This document shows positions 43,181 to 52,700 of a stretch of DNA of 64,000 bases, in pieces. The notes below the pieces were generated by a model. The model made no database searches and had not been told where the DNA came from. It saw nothing but the letters and a program-made list of their open reading frames with translations. Every line of letters starts with the position of its first letter. Position 1 is the first letter of the stretch. The position numbers and the translations under genes were made by a program. The DNA is from Candidatus Aenigmatarchaeota archaeon (GTDB lineage: Archaea; Aenigmatarchaeota; Aenigmatarchaeia; QMZP01; JAFGSV01), in contig JAFGSV010000019.1 of the NCBI GenBank assembly GCA_016934325.1, forward strand, positions 1,197 through 65,196, read 5' to 3'.

Positions 43181-45403
43181 TCAGCCCTCTATCTCTTTCA
43201 GCAGCCGGTCAAGCTCCAGCTTGTACTCCTTCTTCCAGCTGACGATCTCGCCGAGCACCTTCTGCAGCCTCTTGTCAAGCATTTCCAAACGCTTCCTGTT
43301 CGCGGCCGAGAGCTGGGTGTTCTTCCCCGCCTGGCCGCCCAGCTCTTGCAGGCTCTTGCCGACCTCAGCGACCGACTTCCCAAGGCCCTCGAACCTGCTC
43401 TCCAGGCCGGCGCTCTGCCTGCCGAAGGCCTGCTTCTCGGCCGCAATCATGTCCTTCAGGTCGCTCTTGAGCTTGGCCGCCGTCCCTGCCATGTCCTTGC
43501 TGGCCCTGAGGGCCTCGTTCTCGAGCCTGGCGCTCGTGCCCGCGGCCAGCCTGTCCATGGAATTGCCGAAAGCGTCCATCCTCTTCTCCATGCCGGCGAC
43601 GCTCTTCTGCATCCCGGTGACCATGGCCGCGAGGGAATGCAGGCCCTTGACATCGGCCTTCAGCGCGGCGTTATCCTCCCGCAGGGCGTGCACGTCCTGC
43701 CTAAGGTTGTGCCTTGCGGCCGAGAAGGCCTTAACGTTCTCCTCGGTGATCCTGGATTCCGCAGCCTCCAAACCGCTCTTGATCTCGGACTTCAGCAGAT
43801 CGAGCTGCTTCTTGAGCCGCATGTCGTCGCGCTCCGACTTGTCCATCACCTGCCGTGAGATGGCATCGATTTTGGACTGCAGCGCCGCATCGGCATCATC
43901 CGCCTTCCTAAGGCCGGCCGCCAGCGCCTTGATGTCGGAGGTAAGTGCCTTGAGCCTGGCGACCTCCTTCGAGGTCGCTTCAGCCCGCGAGCGCAGGGAG
44001 ATGAGGGCTGCCATGTTGTCCTCCCTGAGCTTGGCGATGACCGCCGCATTCTCCTTTCCCAGCTCGGAGCTGATCAGCTTGACCCTCTCGTCTATCTTCT
44101 TGTCGATCTTCTGCAGCTCGTTCTTGATAATGATCCTGTTCCTCTCGAACCTGTCCTTGAATGAGGCTATGTTCTCGTTCACCCCGGCTTCCGTGGTCTG
44201 GATCCTCCGACTCATCGTTGCCGCCTGCTTAACCATGTCTCCCATCCTGCCTTTCATCTCCCTGAGGCCGGCTATCTCGCCGCTGGCCGCAGCCAGGCCG
44301 CTGTCCAGGCTCGATATCTTACCCAGGATCGCCTTCTCGGAATCCTTCTGGGCCCTTGCGTTGCCGTCGATCCCCTTCTCGAGCATCCTCAGCCTTTCAT
44401 CCACGCCCCTGATCTCCGAGCCGAGGCCGCTTCTGAGGGCGGACCCGGCCTTCCGCACCTTGCTATCGACCTTCCTCTCGAATGACAGCCTGGCGGAATT
44501 GGCCGATTCAAGCTGCCTCGCCAGATGTGCCTGGATCTCCTCCAGCCTCAGCATCGTTTCGCGCAAGTTCTTCTCGTCCTTCTGCCTGAGGTCGCTGGAG
44601 AAAGACAGCACCTTCCTGTCGACATCGTCCGCCAGCCCCTTCAGCGCCCCGCTGATGTCCGCCTCCTTCTTGGACATGACGCCCTTTATCCTTCCCTCGA
44701 GCTTCTCCATGTCGAGCTTCGTCTGGCTGAGGTTCGCGATCGTCTCCTGCAGCCTGCCGTCCAGCCCGCCTATGTCCTGCTCGAACTTCATGATGGCCTC
44801 TATGTCCTTGCCTATGATGAGGTTCCTCTCTCTAAGCATGTTGATCTTGGCGTTGAGGTCCTTCTCGAGGGCCGCTGCCTTGCCGGCCACCTTCCTGTCG
44901 AGCGAGAGCCTCAGCGCATCGAGCTTCTTGTCCGTCTCGGCCAGGGCGCCGGTTATGCTCTCCCCTAGCGCGGCGTCGACCTTCTGCGTCTTGGTCACGG
45001 ACCCCTTGATGGCCAAGCCTAGCCTATCATCCCTGGCGTCGAGCTCCTGCGCAAGGGCCGCAATCCTTGCGTCCAGCTTCCCAAGGCTTTCGTTCATGGA
45101 CTTCTTCAGGGAAAGGATGGATTCGCCAAGCATCCTGTCCTCCGTCCCGAGCTTCCTCGAGCCGCCCTCGAGCTTGTTGAGCCTCTCCACAACCGGGTTG
45201 ACCTGGTTGTTTATGAAGTAGAGGAGCCTCTTCCCCGCCTCGCCGTAGACATAGGACGCCTCCTTCAGCTTGTTCAGCAGGTAGTCGTTCCTGCTCTTGA
45301 GCAGCGTGTTCTCCTTCTTCAGGGCCTGGGCTGCAGACTTCTGGTTCTCGGCGTCATCCCTCAGACGCTTCAGCTCGACTTCAACCCTGCTTATCTCGTC
45401 CAT
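43181..45403 (-). CDS. Very long coiled-coil protein (740 aa), compositional paralogue of the 865-aa protein
   Basis: Same A/E/K/L/R/S-rich heptad-like composition, with no TM. The plus-strand 666-aa ORF over it is Ser/Leu-rich antisense noise. Confidence 0.75.
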   Translation of the reverse strand: MDEISRVEVELKRLRDDAENQKSAAQALKKENTLLKSRNDYLLNKLKEASYVYGEAGKRLLYFINNQVNPVVERLNKLEGGSRKLGTEDRMLGESILSLKKSMNESLGKLDARIAALAQELDARDDRLGLAIKGSVTKTQKVDAALGESITGALAETDKKLDALRLSLDRKVAGKAAALEKDLNAKINMLRERNLIIGKDIEAIMKFEQDIGGLDGRLQETIANLSQTKLDMEKLEGRIKGVMSKKEADISGALKGLADDVDRKVLSFSSDLRQKDEKNLRETMLRLEEIQAHLARQLESANSARLSFERKVDSKVRKAGSALRSGLGSEIRGVDERLRMLEKGIDGNARAQKDSEKAILGKISSLDSGLAAASGEIAGLREMKGRMGDMVKQAATMSRRIQTTEAGVNENIASFKDRFERNRIIIKNELQKIDKKIDERVKLISSELGKENAAVIAKLREDNMAALISLRSRAEATSKEVARLKALTSDIKALAAGLRKADDADAALQSKIDAISRQVMDKSERDDMRLKKQLDLLKSEIKSGLEAAESRITEENVKAFSAARHNLRQDVHALREDNAALKADVKGLHSLAAMVTGMQKSVAGMEKRMDAFGNSMDRLAAGTSARLENEALRASKDMAGTAAKLKSDLKDMIAAEKQAFGRQSAGLESRFEGLGKSVAEVGKSLQELGGQAGKNTQLSAANRKRLEMLDKRLQKVLGEIVSWKKEYKLELDRLLKEIEG

Positions 45404-45457
45404 TCGATCACGTCAGACATCGGCCTCATCGAAACGGCCTTACATATACATCACTTA

Positions 45458-47347
45458 TCACTTCAGCTCGTGCAGCAGCATCGCCACCCTGGCCTTCTGG
45501 GCCTTGATGGTGTCCTCCAGCTTCCTCTTCTCGGCTGCGTGCTGCTTGATCAGGGCATGGAACTCCTTCTTCTCCCCCGCGACCCTCTGCTCCAGCGCCT
45601 TGTAGGAATCCCGCAAAGCCTTGACGTCGTTCAAGATGACGGCCACCCTGTCATGGAGCTTCTTCGTTGGGACGGCCCTCTCGTCGAGGTCGTTAATCCT
45701 CTGCTCGAGCCCATCGGCCCGCCGGACGAAGAACTCCCTGATCTCGAGTATGTCCTTCGTCTTGTTGTCCAGCTCCGTGATGATCTCCTTCGGCGTCTGC
45801 AGCGCCTTTATCATGTCCTCGAGGTCCACGTCCCGGGACTTGAGGCCTTCGATCCTTCCGGATAACTTCTCCTGCTCGTCGTTGATGTCCTGCATTTCGT
45901 CCTCGAGCTTGTCGAACTGCCCTTGCAGGACCGCAAGCTCGCTTATCTCCTTGTGGGATTCGGCCACCATGTTTTCCACCGACTCTAGCTTGTCATCGAT
46001 GAACGCGAACCGGCCGGCGAACTCCTTCCTGATGCTGCTTGCCTCCGCCTCTATCATCTTGGGCAGCAGCTCCTTAATCCTGTCCTCGGTTGATTTCTTC
46101 TGCTCCTTGTCCAGCTCCCTGACCAGCGCCCTCAGCTCGGCCAAGAGCTGCTTGGTGCCGGTGAGGCCCTCGTCCAGCTTCTCGATCCGCTGATCGAACT
46201 TGTATAATGACTTGATGTCCTTGTTGGCCGTGTCTATTTCGCTTCGGATGGACAGCCTCGCCTCATCGGCTTTCTGCAAGGCGTCCTCCACGTCCTTCAC
46301 CCTCTTCGAGAAGGGATCGATCCTCTCATCTACCTTCCTCTTGACGATCACGGGGATGACCTCTTCCTTCAGGTCGTCCGCGGATGATATCAGCATCCTG
46401 AGCTTCTGGACGTTGTCCGCCCCCAGCTTCCTGTCCAGCTGCTTCATCTTGTCCTCGAGGTCCGGCACCACATCCACGACTTGGAGTTCCTTGTCTATCG
46501 CCATGAACCTGTTCTCGGCCTCCTCCTTGAAGGCATCGAAAAGGGTCGCCATGTCCCTGATGCCCTTCTTTATCTTATCTATCTCCTTCTGCAGCTCGAC
46601 GCCCCCTCCCATGGCCATGAGCCCGCCCGATACCTCTCCGGCAGCGGCCGCCTCCTGCCTGGGCGGCGACTCCTTCTTCTCCTCGAGCTTCTCCGACAGC
46701 TCCTTGAGCCTCTTGTCGAACATCTTCTTCATCGTCTCCGCGACCTCCTCCTCTCCCTTCTTTTGCTCTTCCTTCTTCGCCGAGGCGGCCTCCAAGGCTT
46801 CCTTCAGCGCCGTTATCTGGGATGCCGTCTTCTCCTCGAGCTCCCTGAGCTTCGGCTCTATGTCGGGCGCGGCTGACTGGGTGGCGGGAGCGGCTTGCGC
46901 GGCCGGGGTCGTCTTGGCCTCCTTTATCTCGCCGGAAAGCTCCTCGACGAGGCTGGCCATCTCGTCCCTCTTCCTTTCCGCATCCTCCTTTTCCTTCTCG
47001 GCTTCCTCTATGCTGGCCTTCTGCTGCTCAAGCTGCTTCCTCAGCTTCGCGACGGAGGATGGCTCTTCCTTCTTCTTCGCCTTTTTCGGCCTGGGAGCCG
47101 GCTTTTCAACCTCGTCGGGTTTCTCCTGCTCCACTGCCTCGACGAGCGCCTCTTCCATGGCGCCCGGGGGCTTCTCCTCGGCCTTCCCCGCATCTTCCTT
47201 TTCGCCCGCGGCGAAATTGGCGAGGCCGGCAAGCGATTCTTCCTTCTTCCCTTCCCGGCCGCTGCCTGGCTCATCGAGCTTCTTGCCCTCTTGCTTGGCC
47301 TTCTCAAGCTCCTTCTTCCTCTTTTCCTCTTCGCTCTTTCCGAACAT
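45458..47347 (-). CDS. Coiled-coil protein (629 aa) with a K/E/P/A-rich disordered N-terminal third
   Basis: N-terminus MFGKSEEEKRKKELEKAKQEGKK...PAPRPKKAKKKEEP, followed by long helical segments. The start codon directly abuts the stop of the 90-aa TM protein (47348). Confidence 0.75.
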   Translation of the reverse strand: MFGKSEEEKRKKELEKAKQEGKKLDEPGSGREGKKEESLAGLANFAAGEKEDAGKAEEKPPGAMEEALVEAVEQEKPDEVEKPAPRPKKAKKKEEPSSVAKLRKQLEQQKASIEEAEKEKEDAERKRDEMASLVEELSGEIKEAKTTPAAQAAPATQSAAPDIEPKLRELEEKTASQITALKEALEAASAKKEEQKKGEEEVAETMKKMFDKRLKELSEKLEEKKESPPRQEAAAAGEVSGGLMAMGGGVELQKEIDKIKKGIRDMATLFDAFKEEAENRFMAIDKELQVVDVVPDLEDKMKQLDRKLGADNVQKLRMLISSADDLKEEVIPVIVKRKVDERIDPFSKRVKDVEDALQKADEARLSIRSEIDTANKDIKSLYKFDQRIEKLDEGLTGTKQLLAELRALVRELDKEQKKSTEDRIKELLPKMIEAEASSIRKEFAGRFAFIDDKLESVENMVAESHKEISELAVLQGQFDKLEDEMQDINDEQEKLSGRIEGLKSRDVDLEDMIKALQTPKEIITELDNKTKDILEIREFFVRRADGLEQRINDLDERAVPTKKLHDRVAVILNDVKALRDSYKALEQRVAGEKKEFHALIKQHAAEKRKLEDTIKAQKARVAMLLHELK

Positions 47348-47620
47348 CTACTTCCCCAGCTCCTCTATCAGCTTCTTGGTCAGCTTCTTCTGCTTCTCTA
47401 TATCGCCCTCGATGCCGGCGATCCTGGCCTCCAGCTTCTGCACCTTCTCCGTGAGGTTTGATTCTTCCATGTCATCGGGCCTTATGCCGACGAACTTCTC
47501 CCATATCTTCTCCGTTGGCAGCTCGTACTTCCTGGCATGCAGGACGCCGAACTTGCGCAGCTCGTATACGAGAAAAACGATGGATGCCAGAAGCAAAACA
47601 GACAAAGCTATGTCCCACAT
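47348..47620 (-). CDS. Small N-terminal-TM protein with coiled-coil tail (90 aa)
   Basis: MWDIALSVLLLASIVFLVYEL (TM), then KVQKLEARIAGIEGDIEKQKKLTKKLIEELGK. There is zero-nt spacing to the next gene. Confidence 0.6.
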   Translation of the reverse strand: MWDIALSVLLLASIVFLVYELRKFGVLHARKYELPTEKIWEKFVGIRPDDMEESNLTEKVQKLEARIAGIEGDIEKQKKLTKKLIEELGK

Positions 47621-47749
47621 GATTATCTGAGTTATAATTTAGACTAGGTGTTAATAAATTTACCATATGGCTGTATGCCGTTTTCTGGCATTTGGGTCGC
47701 CATGGATTTTGCACACGATACAATGGATTTGCTGGTGGTTGGAAAGGGA

Positions 47750-47760
47750 TTAAAAAAGAA
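47750..47760 (-). terminator. Candidate oligo-T terminator after the MinD-like gene
   Basis: The minus strand reads TTCTTTTTTA about 30 nt downstream of the stop at 47787. Archaeal termination commonly uses T-runs. Confidence 0.3.
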
Positions 47761-47786
47761 TAAGATACCGATTCAATGCTCCTGTC

Positions 47787-48557
47787 TCATCTCGACAGCC
47801 CGAAGAATCTCAGGAACCTCGTTATGAAGCTCTCTATCCTGTACTTCTCCCCTATCAGCCTGCCGGCCAGCTCGAAGAACTGCCTGCTCGCTGGAGATGA
47901 GGGATCGTAAAGGACGACCGGAGTCTTCAGGGCGAGGCTCCTCAGGACGTTCTTGTCCATCGGCACGCTTATGGTCACGGGCAGCTCGGCCAGCTGCTCG
48001 ACCTCGTCAGTGCTGAGCTCGTACCTCTCCTTACCGACCATATTGAGCATGATGCCTATGGGCTTGACCCCGACTTCCAGTGCAACCTGATGGGACTTTA
48101 TGATGTCCATGGTGGAAGGGACGAAAGGCGTTGATATGAAGAGCACCTCGTCGCTGGCCCTCATGGTCGCCATCGCCTCCCTTCCCAGTCCGGGGGCCGC
48201 ATCAAGCAGCACGATGTCTGCCTCGCCCGACAGCTTCTTTATGGTGTTCCTGAGCCTGCTGATGTCCACCCCTCTCAGGTCCTTCAGCGACAGGGAGGCT
48301 GGTATCACCCTGAGCCCCGGCACGTGATAATCGTAGATGGCCTCGTGGATCCTGGCCTTCCCCGTAAGCACCTGGTTCAGGGTGACCGGCGAATAGTACA
48401 TGCCGAGATAGAGGCTCAGGTGGGATGTCGTTATGTTGCAATCGACGATTATTACATTCTTCTTGAAATATGACGCGAGGGCTGTCCCGACGTTTGCGAC
48501 CGTGGTCGTCTTTCCTACCCCGCCCTTACCGGAAAGGATGCCTATAATCCTTGTCAT
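47787..48557 (-). CDS. MinD/ParA-family deviant Walker-A ATPase with C-terminal amphipathic helix
   Basis: GILSGKGGVGKTTTVANVGTALA (deviant Walker A KGGxGK[ST]), VLLDAAPGLG (Walker B region), and C-terminus ESFITRFLRFFGLSR. Confidence 0.85.
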   Translation of the reverse strand: MTRIIGILSGKGGVGKTTTVANVGTALASYFKKNVIIVDCNITTSHLSLYLGMYYSPVTLNQVLTGKARIHEAIYDYHVPGLRVIPASLSLKDLRGVDISRLRNTIKKLSGEADIVLLDAAPGLGREAMATMRASDEVLFISTPFVPSTMDIIKSHQVALEVGVKPIGIMLNMVGKERYELSTDEVEQLAELPVTISVPMDKNVLRSLALKTPVVLYDPSSPASRQFFELAGRLIGEKYRIESFITRFLRFFGLSR

Positions 48558-48642
48558 TCCAACACCAGATGTATTATTTTAACGTTTCTTAATATATATT
48601 TCCGACCGATTTCCGACCGGGACCCACCCGGACCCGTTGACA

Positions 48643-49308
48643 TCACCATTTCAGTGGGCACAGCATCTTTGCCAGCTCCGTCTCGTTCTTGACCAGCACA
48701 GGGAAATCCCCGCTCCCCCCTATCTGGGAATGCAGATGGTACATGTAGTTCAGCACGTCTGCGCCTGTTCCCAGCGACAGCGATGTTGAAATCATCCTCG
48801 TTACGATTTCCGCGTGATACCTCTTGGAGAAGAGCACCAGGTTGGAGAAGAGCACGTAGAGGAAGATGTGCTGGAACACGTATCTGCCATGCGTCCCGAG
48901 CATGTCCTTGTCGCTCTTGTAAAGTATCCTGAGGTTGTCGAGGTCGAAGAAGAACGTCCTGCGCCTCTCCATGAAAGGCTGGACCAGAGGCCAACCTCCC
49001 TTGACGGCGAGCTCCGGGGACCAGCCGCTGGTTGGCTTCTCCATGTGAAAAAGGTGGCTGACATAATCGGGTATCCATTCGAACTTCGGCCTTATCTTGT
49101 TCCCTGCGATATCCATGTAGCCCTGCTCGGCCATCAGTTTGAAGAGGGGCTTCCCCAAGCCCGCCTCCTTGTGGTAAAGGTAGTTCGTCTGGATCCCCCA
49201 TGTGGTCTGGATTCTGAACAGGGAGATGCCCTTCTCATGGCCCGCGCAGCTGAGCCAGATCAGCCAGAAGTTCTTGTAATCGGTGAGCTTCTCCTTCAGC
49301 GTTCCCAT
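48643..49308 (-). CDS. Hypothetical Trp-rich protein (221 aa), possible winged-helix segment
   Basis: Balanced composition. It is preferred over the overlapping R/G/P-rich ORF 48554..49201. No secure motif. Confidence 0.5.
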   Translation of the reverse strand: MGTLKEKLTDYKNFWLIWLSCAGHEKGISLFRIQTTWGIQTNYLYHKEAGLGKPLFKLMAEQGYMDIAGNKIRPKFEWIPDYVSHLFHMEKPTSGWSPELAVKGGWPLVQPFMERRRTFFFDLDNLRILYKSDKDMLGTHGRYVFQHIFLYVLFSNLVLFSKRYHAEIVTRMISTSLSLGTGADVLNYMYHLHSQIGGSGDFPVLVKNETELAKMLCPLKW

Positions 49309-49512
49309 GATACCACTATAATATATTGTATGAACATATAAATAAATTCATATATTTTTTCGGTTTTAAAAACCAAAGATCCTTCCAGAGGCTCAGTACT
49401 GTTTGTTCGTCTGGGAAAATTGATCCTGGAAAAAATAGTATGGACATATGATAAAGGGCGTCATATTATGAATTTGCAATGCCTTATGAAGGGGACCGGA
49501 AGGGGTAATCCC

Positions 49513-49782
49513 CTACCAGCCAAGCGCCTTGAGCTTCTCCATGTTCCGCTTTCTCAGCTCCTTGTAGGCATTTTCAGAGATGATGCCCTGGTTGTACTCC
49601 TTCTCGAGCAGGTTGAGAACCTTGATTATCTTCGCCTTCTCTTCCTCCTTCCTGGCTGCTGCAGCTGCATCCTTCTCCACATATTTACCCTTCATGGCAG
49701 GCCCGGCTCCTATCATCTCCTTTGCGGCAGTCACCTCGGGGACCTCCCTCTTGAAGGTCCTCTCTATCCTCTTCCTGTACCT
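49513..49782 (-). other. Cytoplasmic tail of giant protein B with a SHOCT-like motif (49513..49632)
   Basis: Positive-inside residues RYRKRIERTFKR follow the TM. The terminal L-x2-L-x3-Y-x2-G-x-I-S-x2-x-Y-x2-L-x-K pattern resembles the SHOCT short C-terminal domain. Confidence 0.5.
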
Positions 49783-52700
49783 GCTCAGCAATATGACCAG
49801 CACGAGTATCGAGATTATCAACAGCATGACGAGGGTGAGCACCCAGTCGGGTATCATGAACATCGTTATCGCCCTAAGCGGAGGGGCCGCCAGGAGCAGC
49901 TCCCTCCCCCTCTCCAGCAGCCTCCATCCCGTGGTCACGGCGTTCAGGGCCTCATCGAACATCTTGGCGTCGAGATAGCCCTCGGTCATGTCTATCTGGT
50001 TCTGTATCTCATCGATTATGTCGTAGACCCTGGACAGGTCAAGCAGGCCCTCCTCTGCTGTCGCGTTCACATCCTCCCGGAAATCCTTGAACTCCTCCTT
50101 GAGCTTCTTAAGCTGGTACCTGACGAGCTCCTCCCTCGATCCGAACACGATTATCGACGTCAGCTCCTCGTCATAGGTCTCGTTCGCCGTCGCGTTGATG
50201 GTCCCGAAATACTGCCTTGCCTCCGTCCCCACGGGCACGATCAGGTTGATGACGAAAGTCTTGCCCACGCCCGGATTGAGCAGCGGCAGCATGAGCGGCT
50301 CGACTGTGTACCAGCTTGATGGTATTCCATCGATCCTTATCCTTATGTTGTGAAGGGTTGTGGTGCCCGTGTTGTTGACGGTCACCGACGGGTACTGCGC
50401 CCAGCCGACCTCCGTCGTGATCTCCTCAGGGTAATCGACTATCTCCATCTGCGGCTTTGGTGCTGGTCCGATGCCTCCTCCTTCAGGGCCTTCTGGCCCC
50501 TCTGGCCCGGGAGTCGGCCCCGGAGGCTGGGGCCCTGGAGGTCCCTCCTCGACAGTCTCGAACTCCCAGAAGGCCCCGGCCCTGTAGGGGCCGTATTGGA
50601 TGATGACCGTGATCTTCACCCAGCCGAGGTAGGTTATGCCTGGGATGTCGATGTAGTGGTCAAGGACCGAATTGGCTGCCACCTTCACCGTGGTCCCTCC
50701 TGCCCTCAGGTTCTCTCCCGTGTCCCTGATCGTAAGGTTCCAGGCCAGGTCAACGTCCACCTCCTCGTCTCCGGTATTCGTCAGTTTGGCCAACGCCTGA
50801 AGGTCGGGTATCGTGTTGTCGGTTTCCGTCACGTTGACGTCGAATAGGGCCCCGACAAGCCTCTGGAAAAGGTCCTTCGTCACGTTCTTGCCTTTGTAAG
50901 AGGCCGTAACCTCCCACCTGAATATGCCGGCTGCCAGGAACTCCGAATCCACGGTCCAGTTGTACCTTCCGGGACCCATCCGGACCGGGAATCCGGGATC
51001 CAAGGGGAAACCGGTGGAAGTGTACAGCGTGGCGCTGATGGAGTCAGGGTCTATGTTCTCGACGCCGTTCGTCAAGATCGCCACGATCGAAAGGTCCTCG
51101 GACGTCTGGGCTATCCTGTCAAGGCCTTCCAGCTCGAGCTGAACGATTCCCGGCTGGCTTTCGACGACCATGAAGTACGACTTAGTTGTGTTCGTGACGA
51201 TGTAGCTTATAGGCGTATCGTTGAACACCGAAGTCGCGGTCATGTTATAAATCCCCGTAGGCGAGTCGCTGAAAAGTGCGAAGTTCGGGAGGGTGTCGGA
51301 TTCGCCGTTCGTATTCGTTATAAAATTAGCATTGTTCAGGTTGAGGGTGCGGTTGGTCGGGTCCATGATGCCTATGCTTACGTTTACTCCCGGCAGGTCT
51401 GACCCCGAAAGGTCGGTGACGTGGCAATCGATTGTTCCCGTCTCGCCCTGGTAGTACAATCCGCTGCTCCTGGCCGTCTGGAGGCTCACGTCCATGACGG
51501 CATAGGCATAGAAGCTTCCGTTCGCGGTCTTGTTCAGCCCGATGTTGTCCTCGGTGTAAACGGAGAACGTGTAGTTGCCCCTCAGGGTGCTGTCCCCCCA
51601 GGTGCCGTTCACGCTGTCGAACGGGTAACCGATCAGGTATTCATAGGGGTCGGTGCTGCTTCCGAAACGCCTCATCAGTATGCTGTCGACGGTGTCGTCG
51701 GGCCTTGTCATATAGATGCGGGTGAAGTTTATCGGGATGCCGGATTGGCTTGTCACGTTCGCCCAAATCTCCAGGTTCCCAAGCTGAGGGATTATCCCGG
51801 GAACCGCGCTTACTCCAATCAGGGGGGCGATGTTCGGGGACAGAATGACCGTAAGATTGAGATGGGAAGGGGAGCCCTGGACTGCCGATATGTTGTAGCT
51901 TGCATTGTACAAGGTTATGTTGGCCCCCGAGATGTTGTAGAAAACGCTGAACTTGAAGGCCGTCTGGTTCTCGACCTGAAAATTAACGAACTCGGTCCAG
52001 GTATAGTTGAACATGCTAGAGCTAGAGGTCGCTGGATAGATGTTGAAGGTGATGTTGACGTTGCCGGAGTTGTTGATGGTCACGTTGCAAAGGACACCCT
52101 CCTCGGGCGATTCGGAATGCTCGCAGAAGAGGTCAGCCGGATCCGGCACGGCCCACGTCCTGCTCGCCGGGACGTTGACTGCCATGCTGAGCGTCTTGTA
52201 CCCGCCGTTATCTGATGTTATGTTCAGCAATCCACTATATTCACCTGGCGGGTAGCTGAGCGGAACGGAAACGCTCAGATTGACCCTTACGAAAGAGCCC
52301 GGAGTGAGGTTCCCGCCCGCCGTCGCCGTGATGTTCGGGATGACCTTAATTGTGAAATCGTCCAGTTCCGACAAAGGGTCCAGTACCGTGAATTCCATTC
52401 CCTCGACCGGGTCGTTCCCCGTGCAGTTCATGGTGAAATTGCCGATGATGCCGGTCGTTCCGTGGGTCACCGTCCCGTTGAGTACGTCCTCTGGTATTAT
52501 CACCGTGACATTGGACAGCACGAATATGTCGACCAGAGAGGAGTTCATCCTCATGCCAATCTCCGGGTTGTCCCAGATCACGCTCACGTTTACGGTGTAG
52601 TTGCCCGAAGGTGTCCCGTTCGAGACTGTGATCAAGTAAGAGCCTGGGCAGGACTCGGAACTCCCCAGGTTCCCGCACTCGTAATTCGTCGTGTTGCTCG

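Noticed and set aside
43221-45221. Ser/Leu/Phe-rich plus-strand ORFs of 666, 476, 460, 307 and 275 aa (also 46200..47630, 26382..27764, 42935..43858, 41639..42466) that could be mistaken for membrane or secreted proteins
   Set aside because: They are exact antisense translations of GAG/AAG/CTC-rich coiled-coil genes, which gives poly-S/L/F. The minus-strand frames have proper starts, tight spacing and coiled-coil periodicity.
48554-49201. 215-aa ORF overlapping the 221-aa ORF in another frame on the same strand
   Set aside because: Its R/G/P-rich composition is typical of an off-frame translation. The 221-aa frame has balanced composition and a TATA-like box about 35 nt upstream of its ATG.
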